Assembly (NCBI GenBank): GCA_012841305.1
Contig: DUVA01000129.1
Coordinates: 3,649-67,648 of the forward strand
Source of the DNA: Bacillota bacterium
GTDB lineage: Bacteria > Bacillota > SHA-98 > UBA4971
Direction of reading: 5' to 3'
Length of the DNA stretch: 64,000 nt
Below the pieces are notes generated by a model. That model saw only the letters and a program-made list of their open reading frames with translations. It ran no database searches and was not told the origin of the DNA. Below are positions 10,402 to 20,737 of the stretch, piece after piece. The translations under genes and the position numbers were made by a program. Every line of letters begins with the position of its first letter. Position 1 is the first letter of the stretch.

Positions 10402-11473
10402 TGACTATTCCAAGCACTGCCACAAGGCCCAAGAGCACTTTGAGGAGTCCATTCTCCTTGCGCAACCCGTCAAGATCCTTAGCTGTCTGCCCCTTGAAGG
10501 CCGCGAGATCCGATGACAGGGTAGTAAGTCCGCTCTCTAATGAGGTGTAAGTTGAGACTCTGGTGCTGCGCTCCGATCTCAAAGCGTCTTCCAAACTCAG
10601 GGTCTTTCCGCGGAGAGCATTCAACTCATCAGTGAAAGATGTTCCCTCTTCCTGGGTCTTCGACGTAAGCTGAAGAACCCTGCTCTCCAGTTCAGAAATA
10701 GCCTGCTTTGATACTGCAATGTCAGCTGTATTCTCACTTACTGCCAGGGATACGCTGTCAAGGTCTTTCCTCATAGTCGCTACTTGAGGTTCGAGAGAGC
10801 TAAGCCTCAAAACAGTAGCGCTGAGATCCTCTTCCAGTTGAGCAAACTTTGTCTCGTGTGTACTGACTTGGGTTGCCAGCTCTCTCAAGCTCGAATCTGT
10901 AGTGGAGGCGAGTTCATGGGTGTCGCTGATTCTCTGTGCAAGTCTACCTTCCACCTGAGTGATGCGTTCGTCGAGCTTCTCTTGATCCTTCATAATCTCT
11001 GAGATGATCTTATCAACTTCAGCCTTCATTTCACGTTGCGTGAAATTGAGCTTTGCAATATCCTCTTGCGCCACTTGCCGAGCCTTGTCATGTTCGTCCA
11101 TGGTTTTCTTAAATACCTGAAGCTCACTGGCGATGAGAACAAGCTCTTCACGAAATTCGCCTGACAAGTCCCTCAGCAACTCGACGTCTTCCGGAGTGGC
11201 ACCGACGCGTCCGGTACCTATCTCATTTAGGAGTCTTGCTACTACCATAGCAAGGGTGTACCTGTCTACAGCTTTGGTTCCTTGGAACGTTCCATCTCCG
11301 TATAGGCCGAGATACCCCTTGTCTACAAGCAATTTTACAGATTGGTATGCCCAGTGTTCCGTCGGTACATCCTTGATTTCGGCGCTTGCGCCGTGGTATG
11401 GCATAAGACAAGCTATAACCGATACCAAAACTACGCAGGAAATCTTATGGAGATGTGATTTCCTAATTAACAT
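10394..11473 (-). CDS. S-layer-homology (SLH) domain protein with a long coiled-coil region and a C-terminal hydrophobic helix
   Basis: A signal peptide is followed by an SLH-like segment (WAYQSVKLLVDKGYLGLYGDGTFQGTKAVDRYTLAMVVARLL). About 230 aa of heptad-rich sequence comes next, and the C-terminus is LLKVLLGLVAVLGIVIK. Confidence 0.65.
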   Translation of the reverse strand: MLIRKSHLHKISCVVLVSVIACLMPYHGASAEIKDVPTEHWAYQSVKLLVDKGYLGLYGDGTFQGTKAVDRYTLAMVVARLLNEIGTGRVGATPEDVELLRDLSGEFREELVLIASELQVFKKTMDEHDKARQVAQEDIAKLNFTQREMKAEVDKIISEIMKDQEKLDERITQVEGRLAQRISDTHELASTTDSSLRELATQVSTHETKFAQLEEDLSATVLRLSSLEPQVATMRKDLDSVSLAVSENTADIAVSKQAISELESRVLQLTSKTQEEGTSFTDELNALRGKTLSLEDALRSERSTRVSTYTSLESGLTTLSSDLAAFKGQTAKDLDGLRKENGLLKVLLGLVAVLGIVIK

Positions 11474-11510
11474 GTAACCCCCTCCAATCCTGGTTCAGTA
11501 TGGTGCCATA

Positions 11511-13542
11511 TTATTTGTCGGTGACAATCACGGATCCATGCTCAACTGAAGTGACTACTACTTGCCCTTCCCTGCCCAAGAGGGACATGTTACGCAGAAG
11601 GACATGGCTTTGTCCCGGGGCTTTTGCCCTAAAGGCGATAGTCGCCAACTCACCTGTGATGTCCTCTGGTTGAGTCAGGCGTCCGTAAACATCTGTCAAG
11701 AGCCCTAAGGGGTTCTGAATCACCCCCTCATTCCATTCAGACATCCCTCTATCTTCCACAAAAATCGTGCCTCTGGACACATAAGCAACTTCAATAACAG
11801 ACGGGTCGAAGCAGAGGTCAAACTTAACTTGCTGAAACCCTCTTAAGTTGCGTGCGAGGATTCTGACTATGAAGAATTTCCCTTGCTCCACTGGAGAGAC
11901 AGGGGTCTCCAATAGCAATCTGGACCGTAACATAGGCACACCTATGCTGGTAGCTGTCATCAAGGTGTCTGTGTTCCGTGCATCCACGTTTACCCTGTAA
12001 TCGAAAGCCCCCGCTTCACCAAATGGAACCAGATACCACGAGACATCGCAAGTTTCACCTGGAGCAATCTGCCCGGGAAACCGTGAGGATCTCTCACTCG
12101 GGGCCAGGACGATGCCGTAGTCCGGCGTGAGGGTAGCCTTAACGCCGTATGCAGGCGCACCGCCTGAGTTAGCGATTTTCGCGTTGATTTTCAGCGGATA
12201 TGGGTGAAACATATCATCCATTACTCCGAACATGGACGGTGCCAGAATAGCCAGGCTAAGCTCTGGGGGCGCCAGAATAGTCACCTCACGGTACACTTCA
12301 TTCCTCTCAGCGTTTTCGGCTTCCACGGCTACGCCGTATCTAAGGGTTGTTTGCTCCGTTATCCTCGATGTAACCTCCCATGCTATCTGACGAGTCTCAC
12401 CCGGCTCCAGGTGCCCGAGACTCACCCGGTTTCCGGCGCCTTGGGCTAAGGTAAGCCCTGGCGGAAGGTGAAGATGAACATTAACGTCAAGCGCGAGCGT
12501 GGGTCCGTTGTTTTCGATATATGCTACAATCGGAAACGAGATAGGCTTGCCTTTTTCAGAAGTGACTTCTGCAGGGGATGTAACACCCAGCGCAAGAACT
12601 CCCGGTGCGATACTTATTCCGCCCATACCGTAGAGGGTCGTGTATTCCCTGGATTCACCGGGTTTAAGTGTCTCTAAATCCCAGAACAGGGCAAGCGCGC
12701 TATCAAGTTCATACTCTCCTTCTCGAAGGAATTCGCTGCCGGTGACCACAAGGGCATCCCATACTCTGTCAGCCAGGTTTCCCCAATTCGTGAAGACTAC
12801 CCTGTCTGGAGGGGTTGCGTCAGCACCTATCAAAGTCGCCTGACTGGTCACTGATGGGCTTGACAGCGAGTCAAAAGCCTGGACAAAGCGGGGCATTTCC
12901 GAACGATCAAAAACGGTGTCAGATGTAATTGCCCGGTCTCTGGCACGAAAGGGGGCTCCGTCATTTGAGCCCAGCATGGTATCGAGCATCATGCGGACTC
13001 CCACTTGATGGTCAGTATTTCCCAGATTCGTCACTACATAAGTAATCTTGGCTGTGTCAAGTAGCCCTGTGGTAGTTGATCTTACAATAGTGAGTATCTG
13101 GGACGCTTCAATATCACCAAACCTCCATGTGGAAACAATGCTCTTGCCTGCGACAATCTCAGGCCCGGAGATCCTCGTGCCGTATATAGCATGCCTTCCT
13201 GCGCGTGTCTCAGTATTGCCGCCGAAAACGTAATCATATCCGTCTATCCTAAGAGTCGTATAGGAAGTCCAAGGCCTCGGACGTCCGTATACGAGGGGCA
13301 TGTTGTCATCTCGCGGATTAAGAGGATCACCGCCCGTGGAATCCACTGCGAATCTACCTGTGGCATCATCTGATTGATTCACGAAAACCCTTATGTACTG
13401 GTTTGATATTTCCAGGTTTCCGTAGCCTGCTGCCAACGCAGTTGGATCCTGTGGATTTGGGATATTGCTGATACATGCAAATAGCGTAAATGCCACAAAA
13501 ACAGTGAGCAGGCGTCTTCGGCTTATTCTCATTAGGGACACT
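11511..13542 (-). CDS. Large secreted protein with two CARDB-like Ig repeats and a C-terminal cohesin-like domain. The start was revised to the ATG at 13542.
   Basis: An AAGGAG RBS sits 9 nt before the ATG at 13542. MRISRRRLLTVFVAFTLFACI is a signal peptide, and the C-terminus resembles the final strands of a cohesin (ATIAFRAKAPGQS...VEHGSVIV). The upstream portion of the 13589 ORF overlaps the TonB coding end. Confidence 0.5.
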
Positions 13543-13545
13543 CCT

Positions 13546-14598
13546 TTAATCTTCCAGGACGGTAACCCCGCCGAACCTGACGTCCACATCGGCCTCTCCC
13601 TTAAAAGACACTGTCACCCGGATGTTATAGGGCCAGTTGATGCCCTTGAATCTCCAAAGCGCAAGAATTGTCATTCTGGCCTGTTCGTCCAGTTCGTCGT
13701 AGCCTGACGCTTGAGACACATCCACACTGAGTATCTTGCCGTCCTTATCGACTATGACTTCGAGTTCTACGTTGCCTATCAGGTCAACGTTTTGCGCACC
13801 CTTTGGGTATCTCGGAGGAGTGGAGTTGATTGCCAAGGACTCCCCTTTCCCGAACTCATGGCCTTTCGGCTTCTGGGGCCCTGCCTCTTCTGCGTCAGGT
13901 GAATTGCCTTTAGTTGCCGTCTTGTCGTCCTTTCCTGTTGCGTTGTCAGATTGAGTTCCGCCTTCAGTATCACCTGAGCCTTGTGCATCACCACCAGGTT
14001 CCGGACTTGCCGGAGATTCGGAAACGGGGGCTTCTCCATCCCCGGTTTCAGGGGAAGCTTCCTTAGCCTCTGGGATTGGTATGGACTCGTCAGAAGAACC
14101 TGTAAGTACTCTGCCCAAGTCTTGCGGTTCCGGTTCAGGTTTGGCTTCTACGGTTTCAGGCTCAGGCTCTGTTGTCAAGACTTTAGGTTCAGGCTGAGGA
14201 GTGAATTTCTGCTTCGGTTCTTCCTGAGTCTTCTGCTTCTCCGGTTCAGCAGGCGCTTTTGGCTCCTTGACAATATCCTGTGTCTGTTTGGAAGGGGGTT
14301 CAGCCTGTTTGGCAGCTGGCTTGGGTGCAGGCTCTGTCTGTTTTGTGGCTTGAGCTTTCTCCTGTAAAGTCGTATCCTGGATCTTGGCAGGCGTCGGAAG
14401 CGCTGTGCCAACAGGACTTCCTTGTCTGGTAGAAGCAAAGGTCTGGGAGATCTCTCCGAATTCCACCGGGTATACGGTAACATGATGTGTCACCGTTATC
14501 GGAACGAGGAGGATTACGGCGACATGCAGCAAAATAGATACCATAAGCGAAAACCACATGTTCAGCCTATCGTCGTCGCGCTTCATCCTCGTCACCAC
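13546..14598 (-). CDS. tonB: TonB-family energy transducer (N-terminal TM, Pro/Glu/Lys-rich linker, C-terminal TonB domain)
   Basis: An N-terminal TM helix is followed by a low-complexity PEPK-rich linker of about 200 aa. The C-terminal ~90 aa domain (VELEVIVDKDGKILSVDVSQASGYDELDE...) is TonB_C-like. The gene sits directly downstream of exbB and exbD. Confidence 0.65.
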   Translation of the reverse strand: MVTRMKRDDDRLNMWFSLMVSILLHVAVILLVPITVTHHVTVYPVEFGEISQTFASTRQGSPVGTALPTPAKIQDTTLQEKAQATKQTEPAPKPAAKQAEPPSKQTQDIVKEPKAPAEPEKQKTQEEPKQKFTPQPEPKVLTTEPEPETVEAKPEPEPQDLGRVLTGSSDESIPIPEAKEASPETGDGEAPVSESPASPEPGGDAQGSGDTEGGTQSDNATGKDDKTATKGNSPDAEEAGPQKPKGHEFGKGESLAINSTPPRYPKGAQNVDLIGNVELEVIVDKDGKILSVDVSQASGYDELDEQARMTILALWRFKGINWPYNIRVTVSFKGEADVDVRFGGVTVLED

Positions 14599-14618
14599 CT
14601 CTCATTCATTCAACGGGA

Positions 14619-15032
14619 CTATCTTCTTGTCTTATCCGCTGCCAAGGCCAATCTACCGGCACCTGCTACTCTTGCTACATCCATTACATCCACAAGCTTC
14701 TGGTAGCTGGTGGAACTGTCAGCCCTTATGACCACGATCTCATTGGGGTTTTTCTGAACGCGTTGGTTTATCGTGACTTTGAGACTGTCAAGGGAAGTCC
14801 TTTTATCACCCAAATAGATCTGTCCTGCCCTATCAATAGTAACAACGGTTGTTGATGCCTGTTGAGCGGTGGCTGTCTCGGCGCGCGGCAGTTTTATGTC
14901 AAGCCCCGCAGGATTCGTGCGAAATGTCGTGAACAGCATGAAGAACACAATGAGAAAGGTCATTATATCTACCATTGGCACGATATCAATTCTAGGCTTC
15001 TTCCGTTCGGTCCTTTGAAAGCGAAAGCTCAT
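14619..15032 (-). CDS. exbD: Biopolymer transport protein ExbD/TolR
   Basis: MSFRFQRTERKKPRIDIVPMVDIMTFLIVFF is the typical ExbD N-terminus. The RBS is GGAGGGAG, and the gene overlaps the 3' end of exbB. Confidence 0.8.
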   Translation of the reverse strand: MSFRFQRTERKKPRIDIVPMVDIMTFLIVFFMLFTTFRTNPAGLDIKLPRAETATAQQASTTVVTIDRAGQIYLGDKRTSLDSLKVTINQRVQKNPNEIVVIRADSSTSYQKLVDVMDVARVAGAGRLALAADKTRR

Positions 15033-15645
15033 ACGGTTGCACTCCCTCCATGAGCAACTTGACGATGTTTGTTGCAAACTCATTCATCTCTCGAATTCGC
15101 CTATCAACGGCGCCGGTGATGAACACGTAGAGCATGTACGCCCCAACTGCAATTGAAAGGCCTGCTGCAGTCGTTATCAGGGCTTCTGCGATCCCTTCTG
15201 ACAGCGCTCCTGCTTCTAAGAGCTGAGGACTTGTGGCAAGGACATTGAAGTTCTTGATGAGACCAAGCACAGTCCCGAGCAAGCCGAGAAGAGGTGCAAT
15301 AGATATCACCATTTCAAGGGTGGGGAGACGCCTTTCAAGAAAATATACTTCACGCTCACCGGCCATTCGGACTTCCACCTCAACTTGCTCTCTTGGCCGA
15401 TTGGCAGATGCCAGAGCAGTTGCTGCAAGTGTTCCTATCTGCCCCTTAACTTTATGAACAGCCGCTACAGCGTCTACCATGCGATCTCGCTCCAGAGCCA
15501 GAGCTATGAGTCTTAGAGCGCGATCAGGATCTTGGCTGGTTCGACGGAGGTACAGAATACGTTCAAATACCACGGCAAGAGCTGCTATTGAGCAGATTAC
15601 CAACGGTATCATTACAGGGCCACCTTTAACTAGTACGTCAACCAT
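14992..15645 (-). CDS. exbB: MotA/TolQ/ExbB proton-channel protein. The start is placed at the ATG at 15645.
   Basis: A GGAGGAA RBS sits 6 nt before ATG, giving MVDVLVKGGPVMIPL. There are three TM helices and a conserved C-terminal region (LATSPQLLEAGALSEGIAEALITTAAGL). Confidence 0.8.
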   Translation of the reverse strand: MVDVLVKGGPVMIPLVICSIAALAVVFERILYLRRTSQDPDRALRLIALALERDRMVDAVAAVHKVKGQIGTLAATALASANRPREQVEVEVRMAGEREVYFLERRLPTLEMVISIAPLLGLLGTVLGLIKNFNVLATSPQLLEAGALSEGIAEALITTAAGLSIAVGAYMLYVFITGAVDRRIREMNEFATNIVKLLMEGVQPYELSLSKDRTEEA

Positions 15646-15782
15646 GTCTCGTTCCTCCAATCCGGTGAAGCTAGCTTGCCTCATCAAAAAACATTCGACA
15701 CGACTTTCCATTGTTCCTTCACGCATTCCAACATCATCTATAATTTCCATTATACACGAGTATTACAAGTTTTAGTTGTTTT

Positions 15783-15834
15783 TTGGAACAACAAAACAGC
15801 CATGGACGTTTCCCTATGTCGAAAACATCCATGG
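15783..15834 (-). terminator. Rho-independent terminator ending the nucleoside ABC transporter operon
   Basis: The minus-strand RNA forms CCAUGGAUGUUUUC-gacaua-GGGAAACGUCCAUGG, a ~14-bp stem with 2 G-U pairs, followed by CUGUUUUGUUGUU. It lies about 35 nt after the permease stop. Confidence 0.55.
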
Positions 15835-15870
15835 CCGGCCGGCATGATAGAGTTTGCATCAGGCTGCATG

Positions 15871-16818
15871 TTATTTTTGACGTTCGTAAGGAATACCGCT
15901 TGCAGCAGGTGGTACAGATCTTCCAATCACCCCTGCCAGTGCAGCCATGGTCAAAATATATGGGGCCATCAGCAGGAAATCTCTGGGGATAAATGTAAGC
16001 CCCAGGGTCTGAGACAGAATTTGCAGAGCATCTGCAAATCCGAAAAGCAGACATGCTCTTAAGGTGCCGTACGGGGTCCACTTTCCGAAAATCATAGCTG
16101 CAAGGGCAATGAAACCTCTGCCTCCTGTCATGTTCTCCCGAAATTGGCTGAGAAAACCCAGTGATAGAGATGCGCCTGCCAATCCGGCCAAGGCACCGCT
16201 TAGTAACACACACAGGTATCTTATGGCAAAAACGTCAACTCCCACAGTCTCTGCTGCTTTCGGGTGTTCTCCCACTGCTCTTATACGTAGGCCGAGTTTT
16301 GTCTTAAACAGGACGAAGTTGGAGATGACGACAGCTATAAGAGAAAGATAAACAAAAGGCGTGTGTTTCCCAATCATTGCTCCTACAACCGGAATTTTCT
16401 CTATCAACGGGATAGTCCAATCAGCGACTTTCGCAACAGGCGGGGATTGGCCTGCATGTTCAAAAACCTTGCGTAGCATGAAGCCTGTAAAGCCTACGCT
16501 GAACAGGTTGATAGCGGTTCCGCTCACAACCTGGTTGGACTTGTATTTGATGCATATTACGGCATGGAGCCACGCAACTGCAGCTCCACTTGCAACTGCT
16601 GCAAGTACCCCCAGCCATGGCGCATTAGTGAAGTAAGAGACAAGCATTCCCATAAATGCTGCGATAAGCATTATGCCTTCCAGTGCAATGTTCACAACTC
16701 CGGAGCGCTCAGAGAAGACTCCTCCGAGGCCCGCCAGAATCAGGGGAGTTGCCATCCTCAGTGTAGAGACTACAAGCGCGATATAAATGGTAATGTCAGC
16801 CAGATTGTTACTCTCCAT
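15871..16818 (-). CDS. ABC transporter permease (BMP/nucleoside uptake family, YufQ/NupQ-like)
   Basis: It has 8-10 predicted TM helices and sits in an operon with a BMP-family lipoprotein and a tandem-ATPase protein. Confidence 0.85.
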   Translation of the reverse strand: MESNNLADITIYIALVVSTLRMATPLILAGLGGVFSERSGVVNIALEGIMLIAAFMGMLVSYFTNAPWLGVLAAVASGAAVAWLHAVICIKYKSNQVVSGTAINLFSVGFTGFMLRKVFEHAGQSPPVAKVADWTIPLIEKIPVVGAMIGKHTPFVYLSLIAVVISNFVLFKTKLGLRIRAVGEHPKAAETVGVDVFAIRYLCVLLSGALAGLAGASLSLGFLSQFRENMTGGRGFIALAAMIFGKWTPYGTLRACLLFGFADALQILSQTLGLTFIPRDFLLMAPYILTMAALAGVIGRSVPPAASGIPYERQK

Positions 16819-17896
16819 CGCGTTCTACCTCCCCTGCGTCTACCGAAGCTTGGGTTCCGGGACTCCTGGACTTTAGTAATCGTCTAAGCACTTCGTCAGC
16901 AGCCACAATAATTACGATAGTCGCTTGTATGATACCGATGATCTGTTTAGGTATCTTTGCAATGCTCTGCATAGTGATTGCGCCTCTTGCCAAGGTTCCG
17001 AAGAGGGTTGCTGCAATCAGCACGCCAAAGGGGTGGTTGCGGCCTAAGAGTGCTACTGCAATACCGTCAAAGCCATAGCCTACAAATCCGAAAAGATCCA
17101 AGAACCTGAATTGAACACCAAGTGCCTGCACCGCCCCGGCTGCGCCTGACAATGCTCCGCTTATGCTCATTGCAATGATTATGTCTCGCGACACATTAAT
17201 TCCACCGTACCGTGCTGCGTGTGGATTTATGCCTACGGCTCTTATCTCATATCCGAGTGTAGTCTTAAACAGCAAGTAATACACTAGCCACACAGCGCCC
17301 AGCGCCAGTATTAAACCGAAATGAAGCCTGGTTCCCGGCAAGATTTTCCATAATCGAGCTGCTGCCACAACCGGGGGAGTCTGGGGAATCGGACCTGGTT
17401 CTTTAAGTACGCCCATCACAAGGTAATGGCTGAAATACAGGGCGATGTAGTTCATCATTATGGTGTTTATGACTTCATGTACCCCTAATTTGGCCTTGAG
17501 GTAACCCGGTAACGCAGCCCACAGACCTCCGGCAAACGCTCCTAACAGAAACGCCAGCGGCATGTGTATAACAGTTGGCAATCCTGTCAGTTGGAAACCA
17601 ATCCATGCAGCTACAATTTGCCCCATGATGAATTGACCTTCAGCGCCTATGTTAAACAGGCCGCACTTAAACGAAAAAGCCACTGAAAGGCCGGTGAAAA
17701 TCAGAGGAGTCACATTGATAAGCGTTTCCGCTATATCTCGTTTACTTCCGAAAGCCCCTTGAAGAAGAGCGCTGTATGCTTCTTGCGGACTTCTTCCGAT
17801 GAAAAGGATCAGGAACGCGCCTAGCAAGAGAGCAAGAAGGACTGCCACGATAGGTATGGATAGTTCCACTGCCTGTTCACGAGAGATACGAAACAT
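16808..17896 (-). CDS. ABC transporter permease (YufP/NupP-like). The start is placed at the ATG at 17896.
   Basis: A GGAG RBS lies 6 nt before the ATG ([12 protein letters not shown]...). A start at 17977 would overlap the ATPase gene end by 50 nt. Confidence 0.85.
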   Translation of the reverse strand: MFRISREQAVELSIPIVAVLLALLLGAFLILFIGRSPQEAYSALLQGAFGSKRDIAETLINVTPLIFTGLSVAFSFKCGLFNIGAEGQFIMGQIVAAWIGFQLTGLPTVIHMPLAFLLGAFAGGLWAALPGYLKAKLGVHEVINTIMMNYIALYFSHYLVMGVLKEPGPIPQTPPVVAAARLWKILPGTRLHFGLILALGAVWLVYYLLFKTTLGYEIRAVGINPHAARYGGINVSRDIIIAMSISGALSGAAGAVQALGVQFRFLDLFGFVGYGFDGIAVALLGRNHPFGVLIAATLFGTLARGAITMQSIAKIPKQIIGIIQATIVIIVAADEVLRRLLKSRSPGTQASVDAGEVERDGE

Positions 17897-17927
17897 TTGT
17901 TCTCCGGGCTTTTGCAGGTCTTTGCCG

Positions 17928-19484
17928 TTATTGGACACTCCTCTCACCCCTTTCGGTGTCAAGTCCGCGTTTAGCATGTCCTCCTGCCATGAGAAGGCCT
18001 AATTCTCCTTCAGTGGCTTCGGTTGCTGTCATTTCACCGACAATTCGCCCTTCATAGATCACGAGAATTCTATCGGAAAGAGACATTATCTCATCAAGCT
18101 CCAGAGAAACAAGGAGAATGGCTTTTCCCTCGTCTCTTTGGGCAAGAAGCCGCTTATGAACAAACTCTATAGCCCCCACGTCGAGCCCGCGGGTAGGTTG
18201 GGATGCAATGAGCAATCTTGGTTCACCTGAAAGCTCTCGAGCCACAACCACTTTTTGCTGATTCCCTCCGGACAGAGACCTGACAGGCACATTTTCATGT
18301 GGTGTTCTCACGTCGAATTCCGAGATCAATTCCCGGGCGTGAGCGTGGACTTTCCGATAGTCTAGGTTAATTCCCCTGGCAAAGGGTGGTTTATAGTAAT
18401 TTCTCAATATGAAGTTCTCGGCAACAGTGAAATCCAGGATAAGGCCGCGGTTCTGTCTGTCCTCCGGGATATGGGCGACGCCTTGCTCAATAAGTGTTCT
18501 GGGTTGATTGTTCAAAACATCAATGCCGTCAACGTAAACATGTCCGGATGTGGCTTTTCTAAGTCCGGTGAGGGTTTCTACCAGCTCGCTCTGGCCGTTT
18601 CCTTCGATACCTGCGATACCCACAATTTCCCCGGCGTTGACGTCAAAAGAAACCCCTTTCAGAGCAGGCAGATTCCTTGAGCCCCTTGCGTGCAGGTTAT
18701 CAACTTTAAGGACAGTGTCCCCTATCCTTGCCGGACCCTTTTCAAGCGAGAGGACAACTTTACGGCCGACCATCATTTGGGCCAGTTCTTCCGCAGTAGT
18801 ATTTTGAGTTTCTCCTGTTCCGACGCACTTGCCTCGTCTTAGGACCGCAACACGGTCACTTGTGGCTATAACTTCTCGCAGTTTATGTGTTATGAATATT
18901 ATGGATTTACCTTGATGAACAAGGCTGCGCATAATTTCGGCCAGCTCGTCTACTTCTTGAGGAGTCAAGACTGCTGTGGGCTCATCCAGGATTAGCACCT
19001 CAGCACCTCGATACAGCGCCTTGAGGATTTCAACTCTTTGCTGCATGCCTACGGAAATATTCTCGACTCTTGCCCGAGGGTCCACAACAAGCCCGTACTG
19101 ATTCGACAGTTCTTCCACATCACGTATGGCTTTATCCATGTCGAGTTTCCCGGCGGCATTGACAGGTTCAACACCGAGAACAATGTTTTCGGCAACTGTG
19201 AAAGGCGGTATCTACATAAAATGCTGGTGTACCATGCCAATGCCCTGTCTTATCGCGTCATTGGGATTGCTGATAGAGGCACGCTCTCCGCGGATGCGAA
19301 TTTCGCCTTCATCCGGCCTGTAGAGGCCATAAAGGACGTTCATCAGTGTGGTTTTGCCTGCCCCGTTCTCACCTAATAGCGCGAGGATCTCTCCGGAGTA
19401 GACGTCCATGCTGACATTGTCGTTTGCGACTACCCCGGGAAACTTCACGGTTACTCCGCGCATTTCCACTACAGGGGTGCTCAT
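17928..19484 (-). pseudogene. Tandem-ATPase ABC transporter ATP-binding protein (YufO/NupO-like). It is interrupted by a single in-frame TAG at 19212-19214 (minus strand), and the reading frame is otherwise uninterrupted.
   Basis: The N-terminal segment has Walker [10 protein letters not shown] and the Q-loop MVHQHFM. Then comes TAG, followed in the SAME frame by IPPFTVAENIVLG...MQQRVEILKAL...DEPTAVL and a full second ATPase domain (LSGGNQQKVVVAREL...). The track therefore splits the gene into ORFs 19212..19559 and 17928..19139. The start is revised to the ATG at 19484 (AAAGGA RBS). Confidence 0.6.
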
Positions 19485-19638
19485 AGGTCCTTTCAGGGTT
19501 AAGAACCCCCTCTCGAAAGATGCCAGGCACCGCTGCATGTGCAGAACAGCACCTGGCACCTACTTTCTTTGCCCTAATTATCCGGCATGTGACTTCGTTT
19601 GCCTAAAGGATTTAGGCCGCTTCGTCCGTCACTCTGAG

Positions 19639-20679
19639 CTAAGCTGCCGGCGGTGTAAAGGCTTCGAGCTCAGTGTAGGAAGCCGGGACTACGATATCAC
19701 CGTTTACTATCATTTCTCGATACTTTTCCACCTCATCGAGGATCTCTTCCGGAACGTGGTCGGAAGTCTTATCACAGGTGCCTACCCCGTTCTCAGCCAG
19801 GCCGAATACATAGTGAGTAGGCTCGAAGGTTTCGTCCTTAACTCTCTCTGTAATGTCAAACACAGCTACGTCTACGCGCTTCATCATGCAGCTCATCACG
19901 TTATCAGGGGCAAGGTGGTGCTGACATGAGTCAACGCCCATAGCCCAATACCCTTCTCCTTGTTCCTTTGCAGCCTCAATAACCCCAAGGCCACATGCGC
20001 CTGAGGCATGGAAGATGATATCTGCGCCTTGATTGAACTGGGCAAGAGCCACTTCTTTACCCTTTGCAGGGTCATCAAACTTCCCGGTGTAACCCCGCAG
20101 CACCTTAACATTGGGATCAGCGGCACGCACACCGGCGTGGAAACCTGCGTCAAAGTGCTCAATAACCGGCACTTCCATACCACCGACGAAACCTACGGTT
20201 CCGGTCTTTGTCATCTTTGCAGCAATTACCCCAAGCAGGAATGAGCCTTCTTCCTCCTTGAACGTGGCTGATGCAACGTTGGGCTGCTCTACTACGCTAT
20301 CGATGAGTCCGAATTTGAGATCTGGGTACTCAGAAGCGACTGTATCCACAGCATCGGTCAGTAGGAATCCAATAGCCCAGCTAATATCTGTGTCTTGGTC
20401 GCCCAGGCTTCTAAGATTAGGCTCGTAGTCATCCATCTTCTTTGATTCCACAACTGTGATCTCAAAGCCCAGCTTCTCTTCGGCCTCCTTAAGGCCCTTA
20501 TACGCAGCGTCGTTAAACGATTCGTCTCCCAAACCGCCAACGTCAGTAACCATGGCAGCCTTCAGGCTCTCAGGGGGAACCTCCGCGATTTCCTCTTTAG
20601 GCTTCCTAAGACCTACTGCAACGGCGATGATGATAACCACCGCAACAATTATCACTGCCCACTTGCTTGACTTAGACAT
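19639..20679 (-). CDS. BMP-family (basic membrane protein / PnrA / Med-like) ABC substrate-binding lipoprotein, probably nucleoside-binding
   Basis: It has a signal/TM segment followed by the BMP fold signature (GFVGGMEVPVIEHFDAGFHAGV). It is the first gene of the operon. Confidence 0.85.
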   Translation of the reverse strand: MSKSSKWAVIIVAVVIIIAVAVGLRKPKEEIAEVPPESLKAAMVTDVGGLGDESFNDAAYKGLKEAEEKLGFEITVVESKKMDDYEPNLRSLGDQDTDISWAIGFLLTDAVDTVASEYPDLKFGLIDSVVEQPNVASATFKEEEGSFLLGVIAAKMTKTGTVGFVGGMEVPVIEHFDAGFHAGVRAADPNVKVLRGYTGKFDDPAKGKEVALAQFNQGADIIFHASGACGLGVIEAAKEQGEGYWAMGVDSCQHHLAPDNVMSCMMKRVDVAVFDITERVKDETFEPTHYVFGLAENGVGTCDKTSDHVPEEILDEVEKYREMIVNGDIVVPASYTELEAFTPPAA

Positions 20680-20737
20680 TACTCAAATGACCTCCTTTCG
20701 ATATTTGGGACCCTTTCCTTGCGTAAACGCGATTCTA

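Noticed and set aside
13981-14483. ORFs antisense to and overlapping tonB (13981..14367 on the plus strand, 14175..14483 and 14300..14557 on the minus strand)
   Set aside because: They lie within the low-complexity Pro/Glu/Lys-rich linker of TonB, and their translations are R/L/F-rich low-complexity artefacts of that repeat. They have no RBS. The tonB frame has the coherent domain architecture.
15830-15847. A GC-rich near-palindrome, CCATGGCCGGCCGGCATG, just after the permease stop
   Set aside because: It is not truly self-complementary beyond 4 bp. The adjacent 14-bp stem with a U-tract (15800-15834) is the real terminator.
19212-19214. Interpreting the in-frame TAG as pyrrolysine or amber recoding
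   Set aside because: TAG clearly functions as a stop elsewhere in the window (for example the SleB-like gene at 54034). No pyl genes are present in the window. The host protein is an ABC ATPase and not a methylamine methyltransferase. A nonsense mutation or a sequencing error is more parsimonious, although neither can be excluded without reads.
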